A stretch of DNA of 64,000 nt from Acidobacteriaceae bacterium (lineage in GTDB: Bacteria; Acidobacteriota; Terriglobia; Terriglobales; Acidobacteriaceae): NCBI GenBank assembly GCA_965276775.1, contig OZ255626.1, positions 815,585 through 879,584 of the forward strand, written 5' to 3'. The notes under the pieces were generated by a model. It made no database searches. It was not told the origin of the DNA and saw nothing but the letters and a program-made list of their open reading frames with translations. A program made the translations under genes and the position numbers. This document shows, piece by piece, positions 1-8,980 of the stretch. Numbering within the stretch: position 1 is the stretch's first letter; each line of letters begins with the position of its first letter.

Positions 1-1
1 C

Positions 2-214
2 GCGGAAGTCTTGATCGACAATGAGAACAGCTCACCGGTGTCGGTGCGCATGGCCGTGGAGCCTCGCGGACGATTGCTTTCGGAGTCTATCGCGCTCGCG
101 GAGGCACATGCGAAGGAACTGGGCTGTGAGCCGGTGATGGATGCCGAGTTCGCCGCCGATGTTGAGCGGCGGATCGGCGACTGCAAGCCGCGCGACGGTG
201 CGGCTTGGGACTGA
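2..214 (+). CDS. small antitoxin-like protein (VapB-like?), 5'-partial, runs off the left edge
   Basis: The frame is open from nt 2 and third codon positions are mostly G/C. The stop TGA at 212-214 overlaps by 4 nt (CTGA) a following frame that opens LILDSSGLIAA, which looks like a PIN N terminus. The tail ...EFAADVERRIGDCKPRDGAAWD resembles antitoxin C termini. Confidence 0.4.
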   Translation, partial: AEVLIDNENSSPVSVRMAVEPRGRLLSESIALAEAHAKELGCEPVMDAEFAADVERRIGDCKPRDGAAWD

Positions 215-285
215 TTCTGGATTCGAGCGGACTCATTGCAGCGAGACGTCGGGTGTTCGGTATGCCGGTTGGTGTGCTAGGTTAG
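207..285 (+). other. junction scar: VapC/PIN N-terminal remnant (211-285, 24 codons then TAG) or ssrA (tmRNA) 5'-end-like fragment
   Basis: nt 207-231 read GGGACTGATTCTGGATTCGAGCGGA. The 16 nt CTGATTCTGGATTCGA are identical to the E. coli ssrA 5' end as I remember it. The same bases translate to LILDSSGLIAA. The frame stops at 283-285, 10 nt before the methyltransferase GTG. No tmRNA 3' half is seen. Confidence 0.3.
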
Positions 286-1938
<1,653 letters not shown>

Positions 1939-1977
1939 CTTCTGGAAGTGGGAATGGGGCGGCAGCGGGTGGAAACC

Positions 1978-2033
1978 GCAGGTCCTTCGACTGCGCCTGA
2001 CGCTTGCGCGTCGGGCTTCGCTCAGGATGACCC
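1978..2033. repeat. REP-like element, family 2 (GCAGGTCCTTC...CGCTCAGGATGAC)
   Basis: Sequence gcaggtccttcgactgcgcctgacgcttgcgcgtcgggcttcgctcaggatgaccc. It is related to the copies at 2140-2170 and 16850-16940 and contains an internal hairpin gcctgacgc/gcgtcgggc. Confidence 0.7.
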
Positions 2034-2139
2034 AATTTTGATCAGCACATTGTTAGCCCATTTCTCTTTCGGCGCATTGCCAACTCATTTGTTTGTCGGT
2101 AAATTGCCAATCTGTTGGCGGATTGTGGGCATGCGGAAA

Positions 2140-2170
2140 GCAGATCCTTCGCTGCGCTCAGGATGACACC
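2140..2170. repeat. REP-like element, family 2
   Basis: gcagatccttcgctgcgctcaggatgacacc is the reverse complement of the left arm of the 16850-16940 element. Confidence 0.75.
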
Positions 2171-2200
2171 TCGTGGTGTTGAGGTCAGGAGTGCACCGGA

Positions 2201-2239
2201 GGACACACGCCACGAAGTGGCCGCATCCCGCGTAGGGAG
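2201..2239. repeat. REP-like element, family 1 (core GCGGCCACTTCGTGGCRTGTG)
   Basis: ggacacacgccacgaagtggccgcatcccgcgtagggag. Other copies lie at 33572-33622, 34336-34385 and 39385-39425. The core is the palindrome GCCAC-TTC-GTGGC. Confidence 0.75.
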
Positions 2240-2250
2240 TCTTGTATTGA

Positions 2251-2284
2251 GCAAAGCAAAAGGGGCTGGAAACCAGCCCCTTTC
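2251..2284 (-). terminator. rho-independent terminator of the FNT gene
   Basis: Stem aaaaggggctgg / ccagcccctttc with an aaa loop. On the minus strand it is followed by TTTTGCTTTGC, and it starts 16 nt after the stop codon. Confidence 0.7.
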
Positions 2285-2299
2285 GCTTTGCCCTGAGCA

Positions 2300-3115
2300 T
2301 TACTCGAGCTTGGACTGGCCGTATTCGAGGAGGGTGACTAACAGGACGCCGCCGCAGATGTTGCCGGCGGTGGCGGGGGCGAGCCAGAGGAAGAAGCCGG
2401 CGGCGGTGACGTGGCCGGCGAGGACGCTGGAGAGGATTTCGCCGCTGGAGGCGATGCAGTGGGCGAAATGGCCGATGCCGACGACGAAGGTCATGGTCCA
2501 GATGAGCATGACGGAGCCGGTGATGGAGTGGGAGGCGGAGACGAGCCAGGCGACTGTGGCGATGATCCAGCCGCCCATGACGCCGGACCAGAAGGCGTGG
2601 GAGGCGGTGATGGAGGCGGCTTCGACGCCGAGGCGGGAGAGTTGGTCGAGGACCTCGGGACGCAGGGCGCCGGTTTTGACGGCGAGCAGGGCGAAGAGGA
2701 AGGCGCCGGCGATGTTGGAGGGGAAGACGATGGCCCAGAGGCGGAGGGTGGTCCAGAAGTGTTTTTTCTCGGCCAGCATGAGCGCGACGGGGTAGAGGGT
2801 GTTCTCGGTGAAGAGCTGCGAGCGGCCGAGGATGACGACCATGAAGCCGAGCGGGTAGAAGAAGAGCGCGGTAAGGCGGCCGGCGGGGGTGGAGCCGACC
2901 ATGGACATAAGGATGGCGACGGAGAGGCCGGTGAGGCCCATGAGCAGGCCGCCGGCGATGCCGGAGATGGCGAGCGAGATGGGGGAGCGGCGCAGCTCGC
3001 GCTTGCCGTTGAGGGCGACCTGCTCGTAGATCTGGTTGGCGGTGGGGCGGTCGAGGTCGCGCTGGGTGGATTGCTCGGTGTCGGCTTCTTCGCGCTTGAT
3101 GACGGGCAGGGCCAT
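2300..3115 (-). CDS. formate/nitrite transporter (FNT) family channel
   Basis: Polytopic membrane protein carrying FNT signatures: GRSQLFTENTL, IGHFAHCIASS (compare HSxAN) and AGNICGGVLLV (GNxxGG). Confidence 0.85.
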   Translation of the reverse strand: MALPVIKREEADTEQSTQRDLDRPTANQIYEQVALNGKRELRRSPISLAISGIAGGLLMGLTGLSVAILMSMVGSTPAGRLTALFFYPLGFMVVILGRSQLFTENTLYPVALMLAEKKHFWTTLRLWAIVFPSNIAGAFLFALLAVKTGALRPEVLDQLSRLGVEAASITASHAFWSGVMGGWIIATVAWLVSASHSITGSVMLIWTMTFVVGIGHFAHCIASSGEILSSVLAGHVTAAGFFLWLAPATAGNICGGVLLVTLLEYGQSKLE

Positions 3116-3147
3116 GCGGCGGGGTTCCTCTGGAGTGAGCTTACAAG

Positions 3148-3260
3148 GGGGAGTCGGGAGTCAGGTCTTGGATGCTAGGCGATTACGGGATGGAAGGTGG
3201 GCCATTTGACGTTGCGCCGTCAGCGTTGAGCCTGTTCTTGCTCTGATTCCTGACTCCTGC
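3148..3260. repeat. inverted pair of GGAGTCAGG heptamer-type arms
   Basis: Arm ggggagtcgggagtcagg (3148-3165) faces arm tgattcctgactcctgc (3244-3260) across ~78 nt. The arm sequence matches those at 32334-32385, 39484-39504 and 57551-57669. Confidence 0.6.
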
Positions 3261-3766
3261 TAGAGGCTGACGTGGGCGTGCTCGCCGACAGTGGTTTTGC
3301 CGCCGGTGGCGGCGCGGGCCAGTACCTGCACCTTGCGCACGAGGGCGCTTGCGGGAGCATCCCAGAACTCGGCCTGGTCGACGGCAACGCGCAGGACGCG
3401 GATGGCGGGGTCGCTCTCGCCGGCGGGGAACCAGGCTTTGTACATGGGGTTCCAGAGGGCGGCGATGAGGGCGCGGTCGTTGGAGAGGGTGGCGCGGCCA
3501 CTGAGGGTGACGAAGGCGTGTTTCGCGTCGGAGTAGCAGAGGTTGACCTCGGCGTCGTCCTTGATTTCGTCGACCTTGCCGGAGTTTTCGTGGGTGAGGA
3601 AGACGACCTCGCCGTTGAAGGGGGTGTTCTGGGTGGCCATGGGGCGGCTGTGGAGCGAGCCGTCGGCGCCGATGGTGGTGAGCATGGCGACGTGAATGTC
3701 TCGGACCAGCTCGGCAATTTTGTGGATGGATTGTTCCCGGGTGGGGATTTCTTCGCTGGCGCTCAT
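3260..3766 (-). CDS. pyridoxamine-5'-phosphate-oxidase-like FMN-binding split-barrel protein (general stress protein 26-like)
   Basis: 168 aa starting at MSASEEIP (ATG 3764-3766). Sequence HVAMLTTIGADGSLHSRPM...GEVVFLTHENSGKVDEI...AEFWDAP is typical of the family. The longer 352-aa ORF upstream is Pro/Ala-rich high-GC read-through. Confidence 0.8.
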   Translation of the reverse strand: MSASEEIPTREQSIHKIAELVRDIHVAMLTTIGADGSLHSRPMATQNTPFNGEVVFLTHENSGKVDEIKDDAEVNLCYSDAKHAFVTLSGRATLSNDRALIAALWNPMYKAWFPAGESDPAIRVLRVAVDQAEFWDAPASALVRKVQVLARAATGGKTTVGEHAHVSL

Positions 3767-3855
3767 GGGTGTCCTTTTCTGGTTGGCTCCGCGTGTTCTT
3801 CCAGTCAGATGCACGGAGGGGCGCGCGAGGGGGAAACCCGTCATCTGAAGAGCAG

Positions 3856-6800
3856 ATGCCTTACCCGATCCAGACCGATGCAGAGCCGAACGGGCGCGCG
3901 AACCTGGCGACGCTGGTGCGCGACATGGAGCGGTGGGGGCCCCAGGCAGCCGTGGTGGAGCACAAGGGGGTGCGGCGCTACGGCACCAGCTATGGCGAGC
4001 TGGCGCGGCTAAGCCGGCGGTTCGCGGCGGAGCTGGAGCGGCGGGGGGTGGGGCCGGGCGAGCGGGTGGTGCTGTGGGGGGCGAACAGCGCGGAGTGGAT
4101 CGCGGCGTTTTTCGGCTGCGTGCTGCGCGGGGTGCTGCCGGTGCCGCTGGATGCGGCGGGTGGGGCGGAGTTCGCGGAGCGGATTGTGCGGGAGGTGGCG
4201 CCGCGGCTGGTGGTGGGCGATCGGGAGCTGCTGGCTCGGCTGGCCGGACGGCAGGGCCTGGCGCTGGAGGATCTGGACGGGGCGCTGCCGCGGGAGCCTG
4301 GGCGGCTGGAAGCGGCACTGACGCCCGATTCGCCGCTGCAGATTTTGTTTACCTCGGGCACCACGGGCGAGCCGAAGGGGGTGGTGCAGACGCACCGGAA
4401 CCTGCTGGCGAGCCTGGGGCCGATCGAACGGGAGATCGCGAAGTACCGGCGCTTCGAGCGGTGGGTGCACCCGCTGCGCATTCTGCATACGCTGCCGCTC
4501 TCGCATGTGTTTGGGCAGCTGATGGGGCTGTGGGTGCCGCCGCTGCTGGGGGCGGCTGTGGTGTATGAGAGCCGGGTGACGGGGTCGCGGCTGGCGGAGC
4601 TGATTCCGGGCGAGCGGGTGAACGTGCTGGCGGCGGTGCCGCGCACGCTGGGGCTGCTGCGGGCGCAGCTGCTGTCGCGGGATTCTTCGCTGGCGGGCGA
4701 GATCGAGGCGGCGCAGGGGGAGGCGATTGGACGGAGATGGTGGCGGTTCCGGCGGGTGCATGGGGCGCTGGGGCTGCGGTTCTGGGCTGCGGTGTGCGGG
4801 GGGGCCACGCTCGCGGAGGAGCTGGAGCGGTTCTGGACGACGCTGGGCTTCGCGCTGGTGCAGGGGTATGGGCTGACGGAGACCTCGGCGCTGGTGACGC
4901 TGAACCATCCGTTCCAGACGGCGCGCGGAAGCCTGGGCCGGCCGCTGCCGGGGCGCGAGCTGCGGCTGGGGGCGAACGGCGAGCTGGAGGTGCGGGGCGA
5001 AATGGTGGCCACGGCGAGCTGGCGCGGGGGGCAGATGGTGACGGGGGAAGGCGCAGGCCAGGCGGGACAGGCAGGACAGCCAGACCAGGGCGGGTGGCTG
5101 GCGACGGGCGACCTAGCGGCGTTCGATGCGGATGGGCGGGTGCGTTTTTTGGGGCGCACGGGCCAGCGGCTGGTGACCGCGGCGGGGTTGAACGTGTATC
5201 TGCAGGATGTGGAGCAGGTGCTGGAGCGGCAGACGGAGCTGGAGGTGGCGGTGGCGCTGGCGCTGCCCGATGGAGCGGGCGGGGAGGAGCCGGCGGCGGT
5301 GGTGCTGGCGCGGGCGGGGCGCGCGGCGGCTGGGGCGGCGGTCGCGCGGGCGAACGGGCTGATGGCCGCGCACCAGCAGGTGCGGCGATGGTGGCTGTGG
5401 CCGGAGCTGGAGCTGCCGCGCACCGCGACCGGCAAGGTGCGGCGCGGGATGGTGGAAAGCTGGGCGCGCGAGCAGGCGAGGGTTGCCGGGGGTGTTGTTG
5501 AAGGCGAGAAAGACGGCGGGAGCGAGCCGGTGGTGGCGCTGCTCGCGTCGGTGAGTACGCGGCGGGGGCCGGTGGAAGACGGTGCGCGGCTGGAGGAGGA
5601 CTGGGGGCTGGACAGCATGGGCCGGGTGGCGCTGGCGGCGGCGCTGGAGGAGCAGCTGGGGCTGCCGCTGAGCGACGGGCAGGCGTCGGAGCTGCGGACG
5701 CTGGGCGATCTGCGGGCGCTGGTGGAGGGGCGGGCGGGGTTGATGCCGGCGGAACTCGCGCCGGAGCTGGGCGGGGGTTCACCGGGAGGGACCCGGGAGC
5801 GGAACGGGCTCGGCCAGAGTGGTCGGGAAGAAGGTTGGGGAGTTGGTCGGGAAGAAGGCCGGGAAGCGGGTCGAGAAGCTGGCCAGGAAGCGGATTTGGG
5901 AGCTGGTTCGGGAGCGGATCGGGAGGCTGGTTCTAAAACCGGACGCGAACCCAAGCTGGGAGTTGAGCCGGAAGCCGGGCGCAGAGCCGGGCTGGGAGCC
6001 GGGCGCGGAGCGGGTTCCGGAACCGGGGCGGGAGTGGCTGCGGAGATGGCTCCGGTTCGCAGGGAGCACGCGGGCACGGCGCACGCGGGCACGGCGCAGC
6101 CCGGTCGCGGGAGTCGCCAGCGCGGCGAGCTTCTCCGGTCCGCGCCGCCCCGGTACAACTACCCGCGGTGGCCCTGGGCGTGGCCGGTAGCGGGGCTGCG
6201 CATGGTGTTTGTCGAGGCGGTGCTGCGGCCGCTGGTCTGGCTGCTGGGTGCGCCCCAAGTACGCGACCAGCCACGCTCGGCACCCGGGCTCGCGCGGGGT
6301 CCGGTGCTGGTGATCAGCAATCACCGCACGGCGGTGGATGTGGCGCTGATCCTGTATGCGCTGCCGTTTGCGATGCGCCGCCGGATGGCCGTGGCGATGT
6401 CGGGGGAGATGCTGGCGGGCTGGCAGCAGAGCTGGCGCCCGGGGCCTCTGCCGGACGCACTCCAGGAGCACCGGCGGTGGTGGGGTCCCCCTGCTGCTTT
6501 TCTGCTGAAAGTGCTGTTCAATGTGTTTCCGCTGCCGCGCTTGAGCGGCTTTCGCGGCAGCTTCGCGCATGCGGGCCGGGCGCTGGACCGCGGGTATAGC
6601 GTGCTCATTTTCCCCGAAGGGCGGCGCTCGCCCGAGGAGCGCACCGCTCCATTCAAGCCCGGGCTCGGGATTCTGGCGCTGGAGGCGATGGTTCCGGTGC
6701 TGCCGGTGGCCTTGTCGATCGCCGCGGAGACGGATCGGCATTGGTTCCGAAGCCGCCCGGGAGTGAATATTGGCCTGCCTGTTCCGATCGAGAGCGGGGG

Positions 6801-6873
6801 CGCGCCGGAACAGCTGACGGAGCGTCTGCGGGCTAGCGTTGAAGGTCTGCTCGGCCCCAGAGCAGCATCTTAG
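3856..6873 (+). CDS. tri-domain fusion: acyl-AMP ligase (ANL superfamily) - acyl carrier domain - low-complexity linker - 1-acyl-glycerol-3-phosphate-type acyltransferase (PlsC/LPLAT)
   Basis: The AMP-binding motif LFTSGTTGEPKGV lies at nt ~4345-4383, followed by YGLTETS and the conserved C-terminal TATGKVRR. The carrier motif is EEDWGLDSMGRVAL, with the Ser codon at 5614-5616. The LPLAT motifs are VISNHRTAVD (His codon at 6322-6324) and IFPEGRRS. The start was chosen at MPYPIQ (ATG 3856) because the track start at 3769 would abut the divergent gene. Confidence 0.8.
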   Translation: MPYPIQTDAEPNGRANLATLVRDMERWGPQAAVVEHKGVRRYGTSYGELARLSRRFAAELERRGVGPGERVVLWGANSAEWIAAFFGCVLRGVLPVPLDAAGGAEFAERIVREVAPRLVVGDRELLARLAGRQGLALEDLDGALPREPGRLEAALTPDSPLQILFTSGTTGEPKGVVQTHRNLLASLGPIEREIAKYRRFERWVHPLRILHTLPLSHVFGQLMGLWVPPLLGAAVVYESRVTGSRLAELIPGERVNVLAAVPRTLGLLRAQLLSRDSSLAGEIEAAQGEAIGRRWWRFRRVHGALGLRFWAAVCGGATLAEELERFWTTLGFALVQGYGLTETSALVTLNHPFQTARGSLGRPLPGRELRLGANGELEVRGEMVATASWRGGQMVTGEGAGQAGQAGQPDQGGWLATGDLAAFDADGRVRFLGRTGQRLVTAAGLNVYLQDVEQVLERQTELEVAVALALPDGAGGEEPAAVVLARAGRAAAGAAVARANGLMAAHQQVRRWWLWPELELPRTATGKVRRGMVESWAREQARVAGGVVEGEKDGGSEPVVALLASVSTRRGPVEDGARLEEDWGLDSMGRVALAAALEEQLGLPLSDGQASELRTLGDLRALVEGRAGLMPAELAPELGGGSPGGTRERNGLGQSGREEGWGVGREEGREAGREAGQEADLGAGSGADREAGSKTGREPKLGVEPEAGRRAGLGAGRGAGSGTGAGVAAEMAPVRREHAGTAHAGTAQPGRGSRQRGELLRSAPPRYNYPRWPWAWPVAGLRMVFVEAVLRPLVWLLGAPQVRDQPRSAPGLARGPVLVISNHRTAVDVALILYALPFAMRRRMAVAMSGEMLAGWQQSWRPGPLPDALQEHRRWWGPPAAFLLKVLFNVFPLPRLSGFRGSFAHAGRALDRGYSVLIFPEGRRSPEERTAPFKPGLGILALEAMVPVLPVALSIAAETDRHWFRSRPGVNIGLPVPIESGGAPEQLTERLRASVEGLLGPRAAS

Positions 6874-6910
6874 AGCATTTTCACTTCTCGTCTGTACTGG
6901 TTAGAGTAGC

Positions 6911-6941
6911 GAAAAGCGGCTTTTCTTGACGGAAAAGCCGC
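6911..6941. terminator. bidirectional hairpin between convergent genes
   Basis: Perfect 10-bp stem gcggcttttc (6916-6925) / gaaaagccgc (6932-6941) with loop ttgacg. A/T runs flank it on both sides. Confidence 0.6.
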
Positions 6942-6993
6942 AATGAGATGAGTGGTCTTGTAAACACCGGAAGTGAAAACGCTCGAACGGGTT

Positions 6994-8526
6994 CTATTCC
7001 GGCGGCCCGTCCGGCTGGAGTTCGGGGCTGGCGCGCAGGGGCAGAACGACTGCGGCGGTGGTGCGCACGGTGCCATCGGCGCTGCTGCTCAGCTGGAGGG
7101 TTCCGCCGTGTTTTTCCACGATGCCCTTGGAAACCCAGAGACCCAGGCCGGTGCCGTGCGCGCCCTTGGTGCTGAAGAAGGGCTGAAAGAGGCGGCCCTG
7201 CTGGCCGGGCTGGATGCCGGCGCCGTTGTCGTGCACCAGGATTCGCACCGAAGACTGGCCGTCGTTCTCCCGGGTAAAGGCTTCGACCGTGATGCTGCCC
7301 TTCTCCCGCACCGCGTCAATGGCGTTGTTGACCAGGTTGATGAGCACCTGGCGGATTTCGCCCTTGATGGCCTGGAACACGATGCCGGGCTGCGCGTCGA
7401 GGGTGGTCGCGATGTTTTTCGAAGTGAGCCGGCTCGCGAACAGCCGCAGCACCTCTTCGAGAATTTCCCGGGCGTCCACATCGGTGGGCATGGACGGGTC
7501 GCGGTAGAACTGGAGGGTCTGCTTGGTGATGGAGGAGATGCGCGCGAGCTCATTCTCGCTCATGTCGAGGAACTGGACGGCGCGCTCGTTGCCGGCGGAC
7601 TCGAGGCGCACGAGGTAGAGCAGATTGGTGAGCGATTCGAGCGGGTTGTTGATCTCGTGGGCGATGGCGGCGGCCATGCGGCCGGTGACGGAGAGCTTTT
7701 CGGCGGTGCGCAGGGCCTCCTCATTAAGCTTTTGGTCCTGCAGGTCGGTAGCGGTACCGAGCCAGTTGAGTTCCTGGCTGGAGGGGTCCCTGGCATCGGG
7801 GTCGGCGGGGATGGGGGTCACGCGCAGCAGGTGCCAGCGGTAGGTGTCGTCCTGGCGGCGCACCAGGCGGACTTCGACCGTGAAGGGTTCGGTGTTGCGC
7901 AGGGCGGTTTGCCAGGCGGCGGCGCAGCCCGGGTAGTCGTCCGGGTGGAACAGGTCCGGCTCGCACCAGCGCGGCGTGCCGTCGGCGACCAGATCGCGCC
8001 AGGCCTGGTTGCTGTAGAGCAGCGCGCCGCTGGAGTCGGCGACCCAGACCATCTGCGGAACCGAGTCGATGAGGTGATGGAAGCGCTGCTCGCTCTGGCG
8101 GAAGCGGGCCTCGGCCTCGACCCGGGTGGCATATTCCTGCGACTCCCGGACAGCGCGCACGATGGCGGGCACCAGCCGCTCAAGCCGATGCTTGGGGACG
8201 TAATCGGTGGCGCCGCGCTGGAGCGTATCGATGGCGACCTCTTCGCTGACCCGGCCGGAGACAAAGATGAAGGGAAGCCGTGGCAGCTTTTCCCGTGCGA
8301 GCGCAAGCGCGGCGACGCCGTCGAAGTCGGGCAGGGCGTAGTCGGCGAGAATGAGGTCGTAGGGGCGCGCCAGCAGCGCCGCCTCGAAGCCCTGGCGGTC
8401 GTGGGTGAGGGTGATTTCGGGGGCGAGGTCTGCTTTTTCGAGGCGCGCAATGGCCAGCTCCGCGTCCAGCGGGCTGTCCTCGAGCATGAGGATGCGAAGC
8501 GGCCGCCTGCTCGTGTCTTCAGCCAT
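6994..8526 (-). CDS. hybrid sensor: N-terminal receiver (REC) - PAS - HisKA - HATPase_c histidine kinase
   Basis: REC domain: RILMLEDSPLD...LILADYALPDFDG...TDYVPK. PAS domain: LIDSVPQMVWVADSSGALLYSNQAW. H-box: AAAIAHEINNPL. N/G boxes: LINLVNNAIDA, HDNGAGI, GTGLGLWVS. ATG 8524-8526 overlaps the upstream stop by 8 nt. Confidence 0.9.
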   Translation of the reverse strand: MAEDTSRRPLRILMLEDSPLDAELAIARLEKADLAPEITLTHDRQGFEAALLARPYDLILADYALPDFDGVAALALAREKLPRLPFIFVSGRVSEEVAIDTLQRGATDYVPKHRLERLVPAIVRAVRESQEYATRVEAEARFRQSEQRFHHLIDSVPQMVWVADSSGALLYSNQAWRDLVADGTPRWCEPDLFHPDDYPGCAAAWQTALRNTEPFTVEVRLVRRQDDTYRWHLLRVTPIPADPDARDPSSQELNWLGTATDLQDQKLNEEALRTAEKLSVTGRMAAAIAHEINNPLESLTNLLYLVRLESAGNERAVQFLDMSENELARISSITKQTLQFYRDPSMPTDVDAREILEEVLRLFASRLTSKNIATTLDAQPGIVFQAIKGEIRQVLINLVNNAIDAVREKGSITVEAFTRENDGQSSVRILVHDNGAGIQPGQQGRLFQPFFSTKGAHGTGLGLWVSKGIVEKHGGTLQLSSSADGTVRTTAAVVLPLRASPELQPDGPPE

Positions 8527-8980
8527 GCCGCACCACCCGTGCGCTGCCGGGGGGCGGCTCGTTGAGCACGGCCCAGAAGACACCGAGGTCCTGGATCACC
8601 TGCACAAACGCGCTGAACGCAACCGGTTTGACCACGTAGGAGTTGACGCCCAGCTTGTAGCCGGTGACGACGTCGCGTTCTTCCCGGGAGGACGTGAGCA
8701 GCACGACCGGCGTGCGCGCGGTCTCGTCATTCTCGCGCACCAGCTTGAGCAGCTCCAGTCCGTCGACTTTGGGCAGCTTGAGGTCGAGCAGGATGACGGC
8801 GGGGTTGCCGGCGGGGCGGTCCGCGTAGCCGTTGCGGCGAAAGAGGTAGTCGGCGGCCTCGGCGCCATCGCGTGCAACGATGACCTCGTTGGCGAGATCG
8901 CTTTTTTCGAGCGCCTTGAGGGTCAGCTCCAGGTCGTTGGGGCTGTCCTCGACCACCAGAATCGGTTTGAGTGCGCTCAT
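8519..8980 (-). CDS. single-domain CheY-like response regulator
   Basis: 153 aa reading MSALKPILVVEDSPNDLEL...VILLDLKLPKVDGLELL...VVLLTSS...SYVVKP. Its ATG overlaps the bphP stop as ATGA. Confidence 0.9.
   Translation of the reverse strand: MSALKPILVVEDSPNDLELTLKALEKSDLANEVIVARDGAEAADYLFRRNGYADRPAGNPAVILLDLKLPKVDGLELLKLVRENDETARTPVVLLTSSREERDVVTGYKLGVNSYVVKPVAFSAFVQVIQDLGVFWAVLNEPPPGSARVVRHG

Noticed and set aside
3990-6158. Very long alternative-frame and antisense ORFs. Examples on the minus strand are 3990-6158, 4349-5782, 11414-13318, 22728-25073 and 55551-57176. Examples on the plus strand are 2411-3178, 6973-8565, 10180-11358, 47119-48291 and 51941-53734.
   Set aside because: Their products are Pro/Arg/Ala/Gly-rich low-complexity strings typical of stop-codon-poor frames in high-GC DNA. 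Each fully overlaps a gene with clear family motifs on the other frame or strand.
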